This document shows, in pieces, positions 1-11,412 of a stretch of DNA of 64,000 nt; position 1 is the first letter of the stretch; each line of letters begins with the position of its first letter. Origin of the DNA: Vicugna vicugna (Eukaryota). A program made the position numbers and the translations under genes. The DNA lies in assembly GCA_013265495.1 (NCBI GenBank), contig MU058384.1, forward strand, positions 4,451,239 through 4,515,238, given 5' to 3'. A model generated the notes under the pieces. The model worked only from the letters and a program-made list of their open reading frames with translations, ran no database searches and had not been told where the DNA came from.

Positions 1-586
1 CAACAAGGTGATAAAGTCTTTTTTCCTCAAGAGTTCCTTTTCTGACATACCTTCAATAGATTTTTCTACCTTCCATCTCAATACCAGCTTCTTCCTCTCT
101 TCATACTAATTTCTTCATCTATCAACCAACATGACAAACTCAAGAGAAAAATGGATTTTCTTTTTCCCTGTTTCACAACCCTCACCAATTTTTTTTAACC
201 AATATTTTCCTGTTCTGTCCCACCAAAAAGAAAAAGTGACTCAACCCTACGATTTACAGTGGAGAAGAAATATTGCATTCATTAAGAAAAGAAAGAAAGA
301 AAGCAAAGCCACCCTCCTCAGGAGGGGCTCAAAGCACAGAGAAAAAGCCAGAGTGTCTCATTAGGCTGCTTGGAATGAAACAGTTAATTTCAGGGTAAGA
401 GATAATGTTTAGTCAGTTCGCTTAGAAAAAGGAAGGAAATTCAAAAGCTGGTTGCTGTAGTAACAATCACAGACCAAAAAATATATACGTATATGTTCAT
501 TTCAAATAAAACTCCTGCCAACTCTCTGTGATTCTGATTCTCTCAAGAAAAAAAAATGAGTTGCTGTTGAAATTCGTTGTACCTAC

Positions 587-950
587 CTCAACCATTAAAC
601 AAGACATTTAACCATAGTGGCAGTTCTGTGACCTTTGAATGCCGTGAAATCTCTGAGCGGTGCTGCTTGTTCATGAAGACTTGTGCTGCAGAATCCAGCA
701 ACTTCATCCAGGATTAGGAATATAATTAAGTTAAAAATTAAAAAATAAAAAATAAAAAAAAAGGAAAGGAGGAAGCCCGAAAGTCCACAGAGAGCCCGGG
801 AAAGTAGGAGGGCAGCAGAGATTCTCTCGGGGTGAGTACACCACGCTTCTCCCAGGCAAGCCCTGGGACGGGAGCCCAGCCGCTGCAGTGCCCAGACCCA
901 CCGACTGGCTGGGGGAGCAGGCAGCCGGCCTGCTAGGCTGGGAGGTGCTG
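587..950 (-). other. Probable first (5' UTR) exon of a minus-strand gene continuing left of the window; TSS approximate
   Basis: Splice donor GAG|GTAGGT at 587/586. GC- and CpG-richer stretch at 775-1060 with promoter motifs directly upstream. Several ATGs within the exon. Confidence 0.6.
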
Positions 951-1060
951 TCAGTTGCCACAGGCAAGGAAAAGCAGAGACCAATCGGCTTCAACTCCGG
1001 CAGCTTACTGGAGTGGAGCCTTTTCTGTTTATGTTTCCTCATTTCGAGAGTGACGTCAAA
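950..1060 (-). promoter_or_regulatory. Proximal promoter: RFX X-box-like, CCAAT box, FOX/ETS-like cores, full CRE
   Basis: GTTGCCacaGGCAAG at 954-968, CCAAT at 981-985, TGTTTAT at 1026-1032, TTTCCTC at 1034-1040 and palindromic TGACGTCA at 1051-1058, all within about 110 bp. Confidence 0.65.
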
Positions 1061-2061
1061 GGGTTTAGTTTTTCCTCTGCATGTGCTATTAATTTTAAAG
1101 TGCTGTGCTATGGGAAGAATGTGTGTGTGCCTGTGGTCAGCTGGGGCACCCCGCTCTCCAGAGAACCCAAAAAACATGTTCTATTTTTGGAAATCAATCT
1201 GAACCATTTAAAATACCTTGCAGTGAGGTGTATCAAAAACAAAATAGATAAGAAATGAGCTAAATGAGAGCAGCAAGATTTATTTTTTTCCCCCAAGTGT
1301 GAGTGTAAGTACATGTGCTCACTTCCCAGCTGTTGCTTATTTTTGAACTAATTCATTTACCTTTATTTCCAGATGAGTTGTTCATCTTGATAGCCATGGA
1401 TGCAGAATTGCACAAATGAGCTGGTGAATAATATTGTGGGCAGTGAAAAATAGAAATCATGTTTACGCGGCTGATCCCTGCTTTTCTCTCTTTCCTCCAG
1501 CGTATGTGGTGAAGCCTCAGGAGTATTCATACTCCAGAGATCCCTCCCGCAGCTCCCCACAGGGAGTCATTCAAGGAGCAGGGCACAGGGATGCCACACT
1601 GGCGTGCCCGGGGCTTCAGCACATCCTCTCCCAAAGTGTGTGGAGGTACAGTTATTTAGGGACACTTCTTCTACCAGGACCCCCAGCTCATCCCTGTGTT
1701 TCTCTTCCCACTCTGGAAAATCTCGGTGGTGACCATCTGTTGTTTCTGCCACCCCCGTATCCCCTTCCTTTTCCCCCACCCCCTGCCCCATTCTGCTAAC
1801 AGAGCCTCTTTTTTCCTTTTGGAAACTTTCCTTTCTCTATCTATAGATTGCGCAGCATTCCTCACAAATCCCTCCCCACAGCCCCCCAACAGAACTATAA
1901 GGAGGCATGTGACCCAGAATGCCCAATCGGATTTCTCCATTGCTTTAGACACAGCAAATGTGTTAGGAGGTAAGCACAACACTCAAGAAAGGCCAGGGTC
2001 CTTTTTCAAATAGGAATACTGATTCTTTGAGGAAGAAAGTGTTTATATCTCTCTCTCAGAT

Positions 2062-2965
2062 TCTATGTGCTAGGGTTAAGCAAGCCTGCAGTTGCTGGGG
2101 TTCATCTTTGATATTGGGGATACAGCAGTGAACAAAACAGATGGTGTCTGCTGTCACGTAGTTCATATTTTGAGGAAGGGGGAAGACAGGCAATACAAGT
2201 AAGTAAATGTGTAATGTTAGTTGGTAACAAGGGCTTTGAAGTAAAGGAAAGTAAGGGCACAGAGACTGTGTGTGTGCATGTGCATGTCATTTTAGGTATG
2301 ATGATCAAGGAAGCACACTGATAAAGCTACTTTGAGCAGAGGCCCGGATGAAGGGAAGAAGCTGGTCATCTGTGTCTCTGTGCTCCACGCAGAGGAAGCC
2401 ATGTAAAGACCTGAGACAAGTGAATGCTTGGTATTTTCAAGAAACTAAAAGGAAAATAGGGTGGCTGGAAGACAATGAGCAAAGGGAAGAAATGGGTTCA
2501 GGAAAATAATAATGTCTGGGACAAGATCAGGAAGTATCTTACAGGCCAGGTAAAGGACTAGAATTTATTCTCAGATGGGAAACCTATCAGAGGACTTTGA
2601 ACTAAGGAATGCCTAGGATCTGAGCTATACTCTTAGGGAATTTCCTCTTCTTCTGTGGAGAAAATAGACCATAGGTGAGCGAGGGTAGAGGCAGGGAGAC
2701 CAATAGTGAGAGGCTATTTCTGTAATGGCTGGACTTTGGATGAAAGCAGTGGAGAAGGTGAGAGGGCCAGATTCTGCAGGGTGTGTGTGTGTGTGTGTCT
2801 GCACAGGCAGGATTTCAAGATGTGGGGTGTGAGAGAAAGAGAGGAATCAAGGATAATTCCCAGGATCCTGGCTTGAACAAACTGGAACACAGCTGCCACT
2901 TACTGATATGGGGAAGTCTGGGAGAAGACCCTGAATTTGAGGTGAAATAAAGACTGGTCCTGGAC
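2062..2965 (-). mobile_element. L2 LINE remnant (outer copy, first part)
   Basis: Antisense L2 3'-region motifs such as tggggatacagcagtgaacaaaacaga and gagagaaagagaggaatcaaggataattcc. Confidence 0.75.
2781..2798. repeat. (GT)9 microsatellite
   Basis: Read directly from the sequence. Confidence 0.9.
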
Positions 2966-5392
2966 CTTCCTTCAATAGCAACAAATATTTATTGTCTACT
3001 CTGTACCAGGCACTGTTTTAAGTGCTGGAGAAAAGGCAGTGGAAACAAACAAACAAATAAACCCCAAAGCCCTTGCCCTCATGAAACTGAGATTCTTCTG
3101 AGGGAAGACAGACCATAACAATAAATGAAAAAAATATATAGGATAGTTAATAGTGATAATATTGTGGAGGAAAAAATAAGACAGCAAAGGATCAGTAGTC
3201 AGAAAGGGACTTGCAATTTTAAATTGAACATCCAGGGACAGTCTCACTTCAAGGGTGATATTTCATCAAGACTTGAAATTGATGAGGAAAGATGGAGGGA
3301 AAGAGCATCATAGGCAGAGAGAACACAGGTGTGAAGGCTTGGAGGTGGGAAAGTGGCGGGTGAGGAGTAAGAGATGGCAGCGGGTCTAGAGGGGGCAGGT
3401 CATGGAGGGCTGGCCTGGTCGTTGTAAAGACTTTGGCTTTTACGCTGGAAGAAGTAGAGCTTTAAGTCGAGGAGTGAGGTAATCCAACTCACATTTTCAC
3501 AGCCTCACTGTGGCAGCTGTGTGGAGGTCACACTGGAAGAAGGGGAACAAATAGAGGTTATACTGCAATGAAACAAGTCTGACATCATGGTGGCATTCAC
3601 TACGATGGCTTTGGTGGAGGTGGCTTCTGATTATATTTTGGTGTTAGAGACAACAGGACTTTTTAAATGGACTGGATGTATAGGGGAAGGAGATTAGTGA
3701 GAGGAGTCAATCACATCTTCAAAATGTTGGGTTCCATTAAATGAAAGAATGGAGCTGGCATTGACCGAGAGACAGTGGGAAGAACAGCATTAGTAGGGAA
3801 GATGAAGAGTTTGACAGAGAATGTGTTACCTTTGCCTGTAAGATATATACATGGAGATGTTGAATAGGTAATTGGATATACAAGCCCAGAGTCCAGGGGA
3901 CAGTTTTAGGTTATAGATGTAAATTTGGATGTCATTGTACATTCATGGTACTTGAAGCTCTGAGACTGGGTGTGATTACCAAGGAAATGAGTATATAGAT
4001 GGAAAAGCCTTAGACAGTCCAAGGTTAAGCCATCAGGAATATGATGGGTCTCCCTCATATTCCTGTACTAAGAAAGAGCCTTCAAGAGGTAAGAAAAACC
4101 AAGAGGGTGATATCTTGGAAGCCAAATGAAATTTTCAATGATTAGCTTCATAAAATGAAAATTAGATGAAGACTGAAAATTGATCCTTGAATTTAAAATG
4201 TGTAACCAACTGTGCTCTTGACAAAATCAGGTTGGTACGGGAAGGGTGAAAGATCAAGAGAGAATGGAAGGACAATTGGGGACAAACAGTATAGGCAATT
4301 CTTTCAAGGTGTTTTTCTTCAAAGAGAGAAGAGAAATGGGGCAGTAATCGGAGGGGAGAGTAGAATCAAGGAAGCATTTTTAATATGGAAGAAACATCAA
4401 CATTTTGTATGCTGTTAGAAAAGATCCAGTTGAGAGGAATAATTAATGTTGCAGAGGAGAAAGGGAAAAATTGCTGGAGCAAAAATTGCTGAAGCACAGA
4501 CGGCCTTCCAAAGTGTCCAGTCTAATCCCTAGAATCTGTCGAATATATTACAATGCAAAAGGGACTCTGAAGATATAAGTGAGATTCTTAAAAGAAGGAG
4601 ATTGTCCTGGGCAGTGAGTGTACTCAATTTAGTCACATGAATCCTTAAAAGCAGAGAACTTTCTCTGGCTGGAACCAAAAGAGAGATGCAGCAGAATAAG
4701 AAGCCAGAGAAATTCCACGTATCAGAAGTACACACTGCTACTGGCTCTGAGATGTAGGACCCAGATGCAAGGGCCAGAGAAAGGGCTCTAGAAGCTGAGA
4801 GCTACCCCCTGCTGTCAGCCAGCAAAGAAACAGTTACCTTAGTCCTACCATTACAAGGAACTGGAGGCTTCTGACACCCTGAATGAACCTGGAAATGGAT
4901 TTTTCCCTAGAGCCTGGAGAAAGGAACACAGCCCAGCTGACACCCTGTTTTCAGCTTTGTGAGACTCTAAGCAGAGTACCTAGCCAGGCCCACCTACAGA
5001 TCCATGAACTAATAAAGTTTGTGTTAATTTGTTACAGCAGTGATGGAATGCTAATTAAGAGTGATTGGCTTTAGAAAGCAATATGGATGATTCATCCACA
5101 GAAACAGAATAGAAGGCAGAGTGAATGATAGAGGTAGTGCTAGGTGGGTTGTGGTGGTACTGCAAGGTTGTGAAAGTTCTCTGTGACTTCTAATTTCTCA
5201 GTGGAATCGGAATTAGGAGTATTGACTAAGAGAGAGGATAGCAGAAGTGGTGGAGGTTTGAGGAGGGAGTATGTGAAATAGTTATGCAGGAGAGTAAAGA
5301 GCAGGAATTATCAGAGAAGTGTAATAAAATGGTAAAGAGCACTAAGGGCATATTTGAGTTTAGTTATCATGACTTAAAATGATGCCAGACAG
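2966..5392 (-). mobile_element. L2 LINE remnant (inner copy, interrupted by an MLT1 LTR)
   Basis: Begins with the antisense L2 tail caacaaatatttattg...ctgtaccaggcactgttttaagtgctgg. Purine-rich L2 body continues on both sides of the LTR. Confidence 0.75.
4487..5058 (+). mobile_element. MaLR solo LTR (MLT1D/E-like)
   Basis: Motifs tctaatccctagaatctg, gaatgaacctggaaatggatttttccctagagcct and aatttgttacagcag. Confidence 0.8.
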
Positions 5393-5690
5393 CATGTTAC
5401 CTTTACAGTATCCATGAGATATCTAAATAGAACTGTCACATGGGCAGTTTATATATAATTCTGGAAAACCAAGTGTAGATGAAATGGAATTAAAAGCAAT
5501 GGGTGAGCAGGTGAGTGTGAATTCAGTTAGGAAATGAGAACAAACTCAAGGTCTAAACTCAGGGATTTTCTAATGTTTAGATATTGGGAAATTGAGGATG
5601 ATTCAGCAAAGGAGACCTAAAAGGAGTAGCCACAGAGGTAGACACACAATCAAGATAGTGGTCTCTCAGAAGTTAAGTTCCAACAGTCAG
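5393..5690 (-). mobile_element. L2 remnant (continuation of outer copy)
   Basis: Resumes with catgttacc...gagatatctaaatagaactgtc...ggcagtt, the L2 segment expected after ...tggac at 2965. Confidence 0.6.
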
Positions 5691-6070
5691 TGCTATGAAC
5701 TGAATTGTGTCCCCCCTCTCTCACCCCTCAAAAAACATATGTTTAAGCCCTAACTTAGAACGTGACTGCATTTGGAGTTAGGACCTATCAGGGGGTAATT
5801 AAGGTTAAATGAGGTCATAAAGATGGGACCCTAGTCCAATAGGTCTGGTGCCCTTATAAGAAAAGGAAGAGACACCAGAGCTCTCTCTATCATGTGAAGA
5901 TATAGCCAAAAGGAAGACATTTATAAGCCAGGAAGAGAGCTTTCACCAGCCATTAACTCTATTGGTACTTTGATCTTGGGCTTCTAGTTTCCAGAAGTGT
6001 GAGGAAATAAATTTCTGTTGCTAAATGCCCAGACTATGATATTTTGTTATACAACCTGAGTGGACTAATC
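5691..6070 (+). mobile_element. MaLR solo LTR (MLT1A/B-like)
   Basis: Starts tgctatgaactgaattgtgtcccc, contains aattaaggttaaatgaggtcataa and aaataaatttctgttg, ends ttttgttat...gactaat. Confidence 0.85.
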
Positions 6071-7289
6071 GAGTCAATTATGTGAGTAAATGAATTCTCC
6101 CTTTTTTTTTTTCCTGCAGCCATATAAGTTGGCTTTCTGCTACTTATGACAGGAAGAGTCCTACCAAATTCAACATACAGTGTCAATGTTTCCAAGAGGT
6201 GACTGTCAACTCTCCTCTCCCTGATATAAAAACTTCACCACTTGCAGCTCGAGGAAACGTTAAGGATAGTTCTGTATCTATCTAAACATTTCTACCAAAC
6301 ACAGTAATTATCAAGCAGAGACTACTGTGTTTAAAATACTAACTGGTTTTCTGAGGCAACATTATTTAGTACATACTTTGGAGTGTTCTCTGAAACATGA
6401 CATTTGATGTGACCACATTTTCTGCAATTTATTAGTTATAAAAATAATCTTAAAGGAGCCACCTTATTTCAGCCTCTTCATTTTCTTCCCAAATCCCCTT
6501 CTTAAATAGCCCATGACTCATAGACATGACCACTCAGTTATTTTCTCTCCTTTACAAAAGTTCAACTCTCTATTTTCTCTATTAATGGAATAGAAAATAT
6601 GATTCTTCTCTTGCTGCATCTCTAGGAAGATAAATGTCTCAGTGACCTTACAGATGTTAAATTTATTCAAGAAATACTAAGTATATATTATTGGTAGAAT
6701 CCAGTGGTGTCTGTTCAACATACTATTGTGCTATTGGGGTTGACAGAGATCAACAGGATGTGATCTCTAGCTTTAAAACATACAGTTGGCTTCAAAAGAC
6801 ACATATTTTATAATAGTAATACAATAGCGATAGGAGCAAAGATGCAGCAGGGGCTCTAAACATAGAAAAGATACAATGAAAATTCAGAGAAAGGGGAGAT
6901 AGATTACTTTTTCATGGAAGAATTCGGGAATACTTTGCATAATGTTGGAGATTTCATTTGTCCTGAACCAAGAAGACATACATTATGTTGAGGGATTGAC
7001 TTGTAGGTGAGGTATAATGGGAATATAGGGTATGGGAAAGGAACAATATATTGTAAACCCAACATGGTAAATTAGTGAAAAATTATAGAAAGTGAAATCT
7101 GAAATCTGACATTTACTTATTAGGGGATGGGGAATTATTACAGGTTTGTGAATAGGGACTTAAAATAGCACTAGTGTATTAGCAAAATGGTCTAATGTTG
7201 GATATGGATAATTAAACTGGTATTACAATATGGTAGAATGAGTCATGTGATAGGGGAAGTTCAGGGTGATTTGGGAGTATATAGGAGAG

Positions 7290-8330
7290 AAATCAACACT
7301 AGATTTTTAACTCAACAAATGCTTCTCCCTGAGGAAAGTGACATCTGAGATGAGATCTAAAGGATAAGTAAAAGGTACTCTGGTAAAAAGGATGGATAAA
7401 TGAGATGAGGTAGGAGATACACCAATTAAAAAGAAGGGTAGCAGAGAGATGCAAAAATATTGCATGCTGAGATGCTAACACAAAGAAGACAGGTGAAGTT
7501 GAGCATAGTTCACTCTGGGGACCAATACAAGCTCAGTTTGGCCAAAAAGATAAGAAGTGGAGACAATATAGAGCCTTTTAATCATATTAAGAAATTCGGA
7601 CGTTGTTCTAAGAGAAATGGGGATACATTGAAGGGTTCTAAACAGTAAAGAACCTGATCAAATCTGTATTTTGAAATTAGTTTGACAGTTGTGTGGAGAC
7701 CAGAAGAAGGAAGTCAAGAAATAGGAAGACCAGAAGAGAAAGAACAGTGCCTTGGAACAGGTTGGCAGTAATGTGGAAGGAGAGATATGAACAGATTTAA
7801 CAGCTGGTTAGGAAATGTCATCAATGCAATTTGGTGATGGATTGATGGTAAAAGATGAGAGATTTACTGTGGAATGAGAATAAGGAATAACACAGTCAAG
7901 GATGGCACTCAAGTTTCAGGCATGACAAATGGGTGCCACTTGTTGAGTTAGGTCTGGCATGAAAGATGATAAATTCAGTTTTGAACTTAACATCAAAGTG
8001 GAGATGGATATATTGTTATAAAACTTAGCAAAGAACCTAGGCTAGAAGCTTCATTATCATCACACTAGTGAAATAAGCCATACGAACTGATGGGATCATT
8101 CAGGAAGTATGCCTAGTGGGAGAATAGAAGAGAGTCTGGGGTGAAACCCAAAGGAACCTCAATATTTAAGGGGTAGACAAAGGAAGAAAAACCTATAAAA
8201 ATATGGACAGTGGCAACATTAAAAAAAGAAGAGAATGTAACATTATCAAATCAAAGAAAAATTGTGTTTCAAGATGTACAACGTAGCCAAAAATGTTAAA
8301 TTTGCTAAGAGGGAACGAGAAGAACATCTT
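7290..8330 (-). mobile_element. Degenerate L2 remnant
   Basis: L2 antisense motifs such as gaggaaagtgacatctgagatgagatctaaagga and gtcaaggatggcactcaagtttcaggc. Confidence 0.6.
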
Positions 8331-8870
8331 TTACAGTTATTAAGCAGCTATGAAATTATAACATTGTGGTATCGGTGTAGGTGCAAATAAATAGAAAAAT
8401 AAACCACTGGAACAGAATAAAGTCTAAAGAGAATCAATGTGTATACATACCAAAACTTCATATATGATAAAGACGGTGTTTTAAATGAGGGGAGAAAGAA
8501 TGGACCACTTAGTAAATGATGATGAGACAAGGCCAGCCATTGACAAAATACAATATTCAAACAAGTTAAACAAAAATCATTCCAAAATCCATTTACAAAT
8601 ATAAACTATTGTTAGATAAGAGACTTAAACATGAAAAACAAAAACTATAAAATTTGGGGGAAATATGTGATTGAATATATGTGATCTCAAAGTAGAGAAG
8701 AACTTCTTTAAAAAGACAAAAAAGCAAAGTCCACAAAGAAAGTTGATAAAATATCTTATACCAAAATTAAAGTCTTCTTATGATCTAAGACATTACAATA
8801 AAGTTAAAAGACAAGGGACAGATTTAAAGATATTTTCAACTTATATAAAACTTATATAATATGCATTATA
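8330..8870 (+). mobile_element. Old L1 (L1M-type) ORF2 3' fragment
   Basis: L1 ORF2-like motifs tgtggtatcggtgtagg...tggaacagaata...tatatgataaag and a KVKRQ-like remnant in ORF 8671-8859. Confidence 0.65.
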
Positions 8871-10282
8871 ATACATAAACATTTAATATATAATATTATA
8901 CATTAATATGTACCCATCAGATTTACAAACCAGAAAAGAGAGTCTGGGGAAAAAATGCAAAAGGAGCACCGATATTTAAGGTGTAAGCTAAGGAAGAGAA
9001 GCCCATAAAAATACGGAGAAAAAGTAGCAATTTATGAGGGGAAGAAAGAATGTTGTGTCATAGAACCCCTCAAAATTGTGTTTTGAGAAAGGTTAAACAG
9101 CCAGGGTTTCAAAATTCAGAAGTTTTAAGACTTTTGAAAGGTAAGACAGGTATGATCTCAAGTACCCTCAGGGAGTCCAGGGCAGCTCACCATTCTCTCT
9201 CTCAGCCCATCTCTCCTGGTACAGAGCCCCCAAGGTCAGGGCTCTAGTCTTCACCTTCATCCTGGACCTGACCCTTCTGGTACACACCAAATCTCTCTAA
9301 CAGTTTTCCATTTCTGTCAACTGATGCTATAGTCTATACCAGCTTCTCTTTCCTGTTTCATTATAGCTCTCTCTGCCAATTAGAATCCTCCACCTTGCTG
9401 GTGACAGGACAGTAGTGCAGTGAGAGCATATCTTGGTGCCTTTGAAAATGGAGTTTTTACTCCTTTACAGGAAAGCTATAGGTATACATAAAGTAAATAG
9501 TATTTACAGATATTTACTGAGTGCCTATTATGAGCTGGGGCTCATATCATCAGCAACAAAATACATTAAGAATGAATTAAAATTTGATGAGAGAGAAATA
9601 TTGGCCCCACTACTGGATTTCCTCCTATGCATTTAAAATCATTTTCTCTTCTCCTTCTACCACAACTGTTCCTTCACCAAAACTGTTTCCCAAATCAACA
9701 CTATTTTTGGAGATTGTGCCTCTAAAGTGTTAATTCAGCTCAGAACCACGGTAAAAACATCAAATAGAAAGAACAACTGGAAAGCAAGAAGCAAAGAACT
9801 TCTAAACTCTACCATTTAATGTTTAACATTAACCATTCCCCACTGGGGCAAATTTGTAAATCACAAGTCACAATTTAGCTTTGGTTACACACTTCCTCCT
9901 GTGTAACTGGACTCCTTCTCAGCCTGCAGGCGTCAGGAGGCTTTTTCTGCAGCCCTGCCCTCCCCACCTCCTTCCAGCTGCCTGTGAGCATGCCTTCCTG
10001 CAGGCAGCCCCTCGGCAGCGTTCTCTAGCCCCATTCTTCCACTCATCTTCCATCCATTTTTGGGCCCATTTGCTGTTCCTCTGCTCTCTGCTGTCCAAGG
10101 TGGGGGCTGTTCTCACATCATCAGCCAATTTTCAGAAAGTGCCTTTTCTAAACATAGCAGTTATCTGATTACTAATCCACACTGAAGTTCTTATAGGAGA
10201 AGGAAAAAAAAAAAACAAACAGGTGGTGTCACGACTCCTGTGGTGATTTACTTTTAAAATGGAATTTGCTAATCTAGAGACA

Positions 10283-10660
10283 TGTTATGGGCTGAATTGT
10301 GTCCCCCCAGAAACCACATGCTGAAGCCCTAACCCCAGTACCTCAGAATGTGATTTTACTTGGAGCTGGGGCCTTTAAAGAGGTGATTAAGTTAAAATGA
10401 GGTCATAAGGATGGGGCTGTAATCCAATATGATCAGATGTCCTTATTAGAAGAGGAGATTAGGACACTGACAGGTACAGAGGGGACAAAAGGAAAAGACA
10501 TCTATCTAGGAGCCAAAAAGAGAGGCCTCAAAATAAAACCAACCCCTGCTGACACCTTAGCTTTGAACCTCTGGCTTCCAGACTGTGAGGAAATACATTT
10601 CTGTTGTTGAAGCCATCCGGTCTGTGGTATTTTGTTATGGGATCTCTAGCAAACTAATAC
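10283..10660 (+). mobile_element. MaLR solo LTR (MLT1B-like)
   Basis: Canonical start tgttatgggctgaattgtgtcccc and end tttgttatgg...ctagcaaactaatac. Confidence 0.9.
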
Positions 10661-11274
10661 TTGAAAGAACACAGGTCCTAAGGAAAATATTTTGGGGAAA
10701 GTTGCTTCCTCAGACACAAGGTAAAACTGTACTGGACTGCTTGTGTGTTTCTTTTCATTGTATCAGCACATATTTTTCCATAATTTACATTTTGTTTTTC
10801 TTACTGATTACATTTTGTATATTGCTAAAAGTTTTTTCCCTGCAATATAGAATTTATAATTTGAATCCTAACTTATTAAAAGTAGATTAATGGTTAGTTT
10901 CTTACTTTGCATTGTTATATCCAGATTCCTTTAAACAATCACCCTGAGAGCATTTAAAATAGAGATGCCATTTATAAAAGTTTACTTTTTATGCATTTTT
11001 TAAATGCTGGAATTTTTTGAGCTATTATATAAGTGACCAACATTAAGAAAAGTTATCGTTGCAAAGGTTCAGATTCATAATTAAAAAATTAAACTTTGAT
11101 TATTAACGGTATGGGATTCCCTAAAACAGCAAGCTTCATGAGGGCATTTAAAACCTGAATTCCATTTAAGGAAACTTCAACTCACGTATTATTTTTAGGA
11201 GTCTTCTAGTCATTAGGAAAACACTTTATCCGTATTTTAGGGAAGTACATACACATCTTTTTTATGTATTCAGT

Positions 11275-11412
11275 GATCTACCACCATTAGGTTGTAAGCT
11301 TTATGATGTTATTGGATCAAGTCTGACTGGCTATGTCTCCAGGACCCAGTACAGTACCTGATGTTTAGTAAGGCATCAGTATGTAACTGTTTGACGAGTG
11401 AATTGATGAATA
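11275..11412 (+). mobile_element. L2 3' end fragment
   Basis: ttaggttgtaagct...cccagtacagtacctg...tagtaaggcatcagt...gagtgaattgatgaa. Confidence 0.6.

Noticed and set aside
595..2013. Cluster of 100-148 aa ORFs over the promoter region
   Set aside because: They overlap on both strands, mostly lack ATG starts, are low-complexity and match no family I recognise. Expected by chance in GC-richer DNA.
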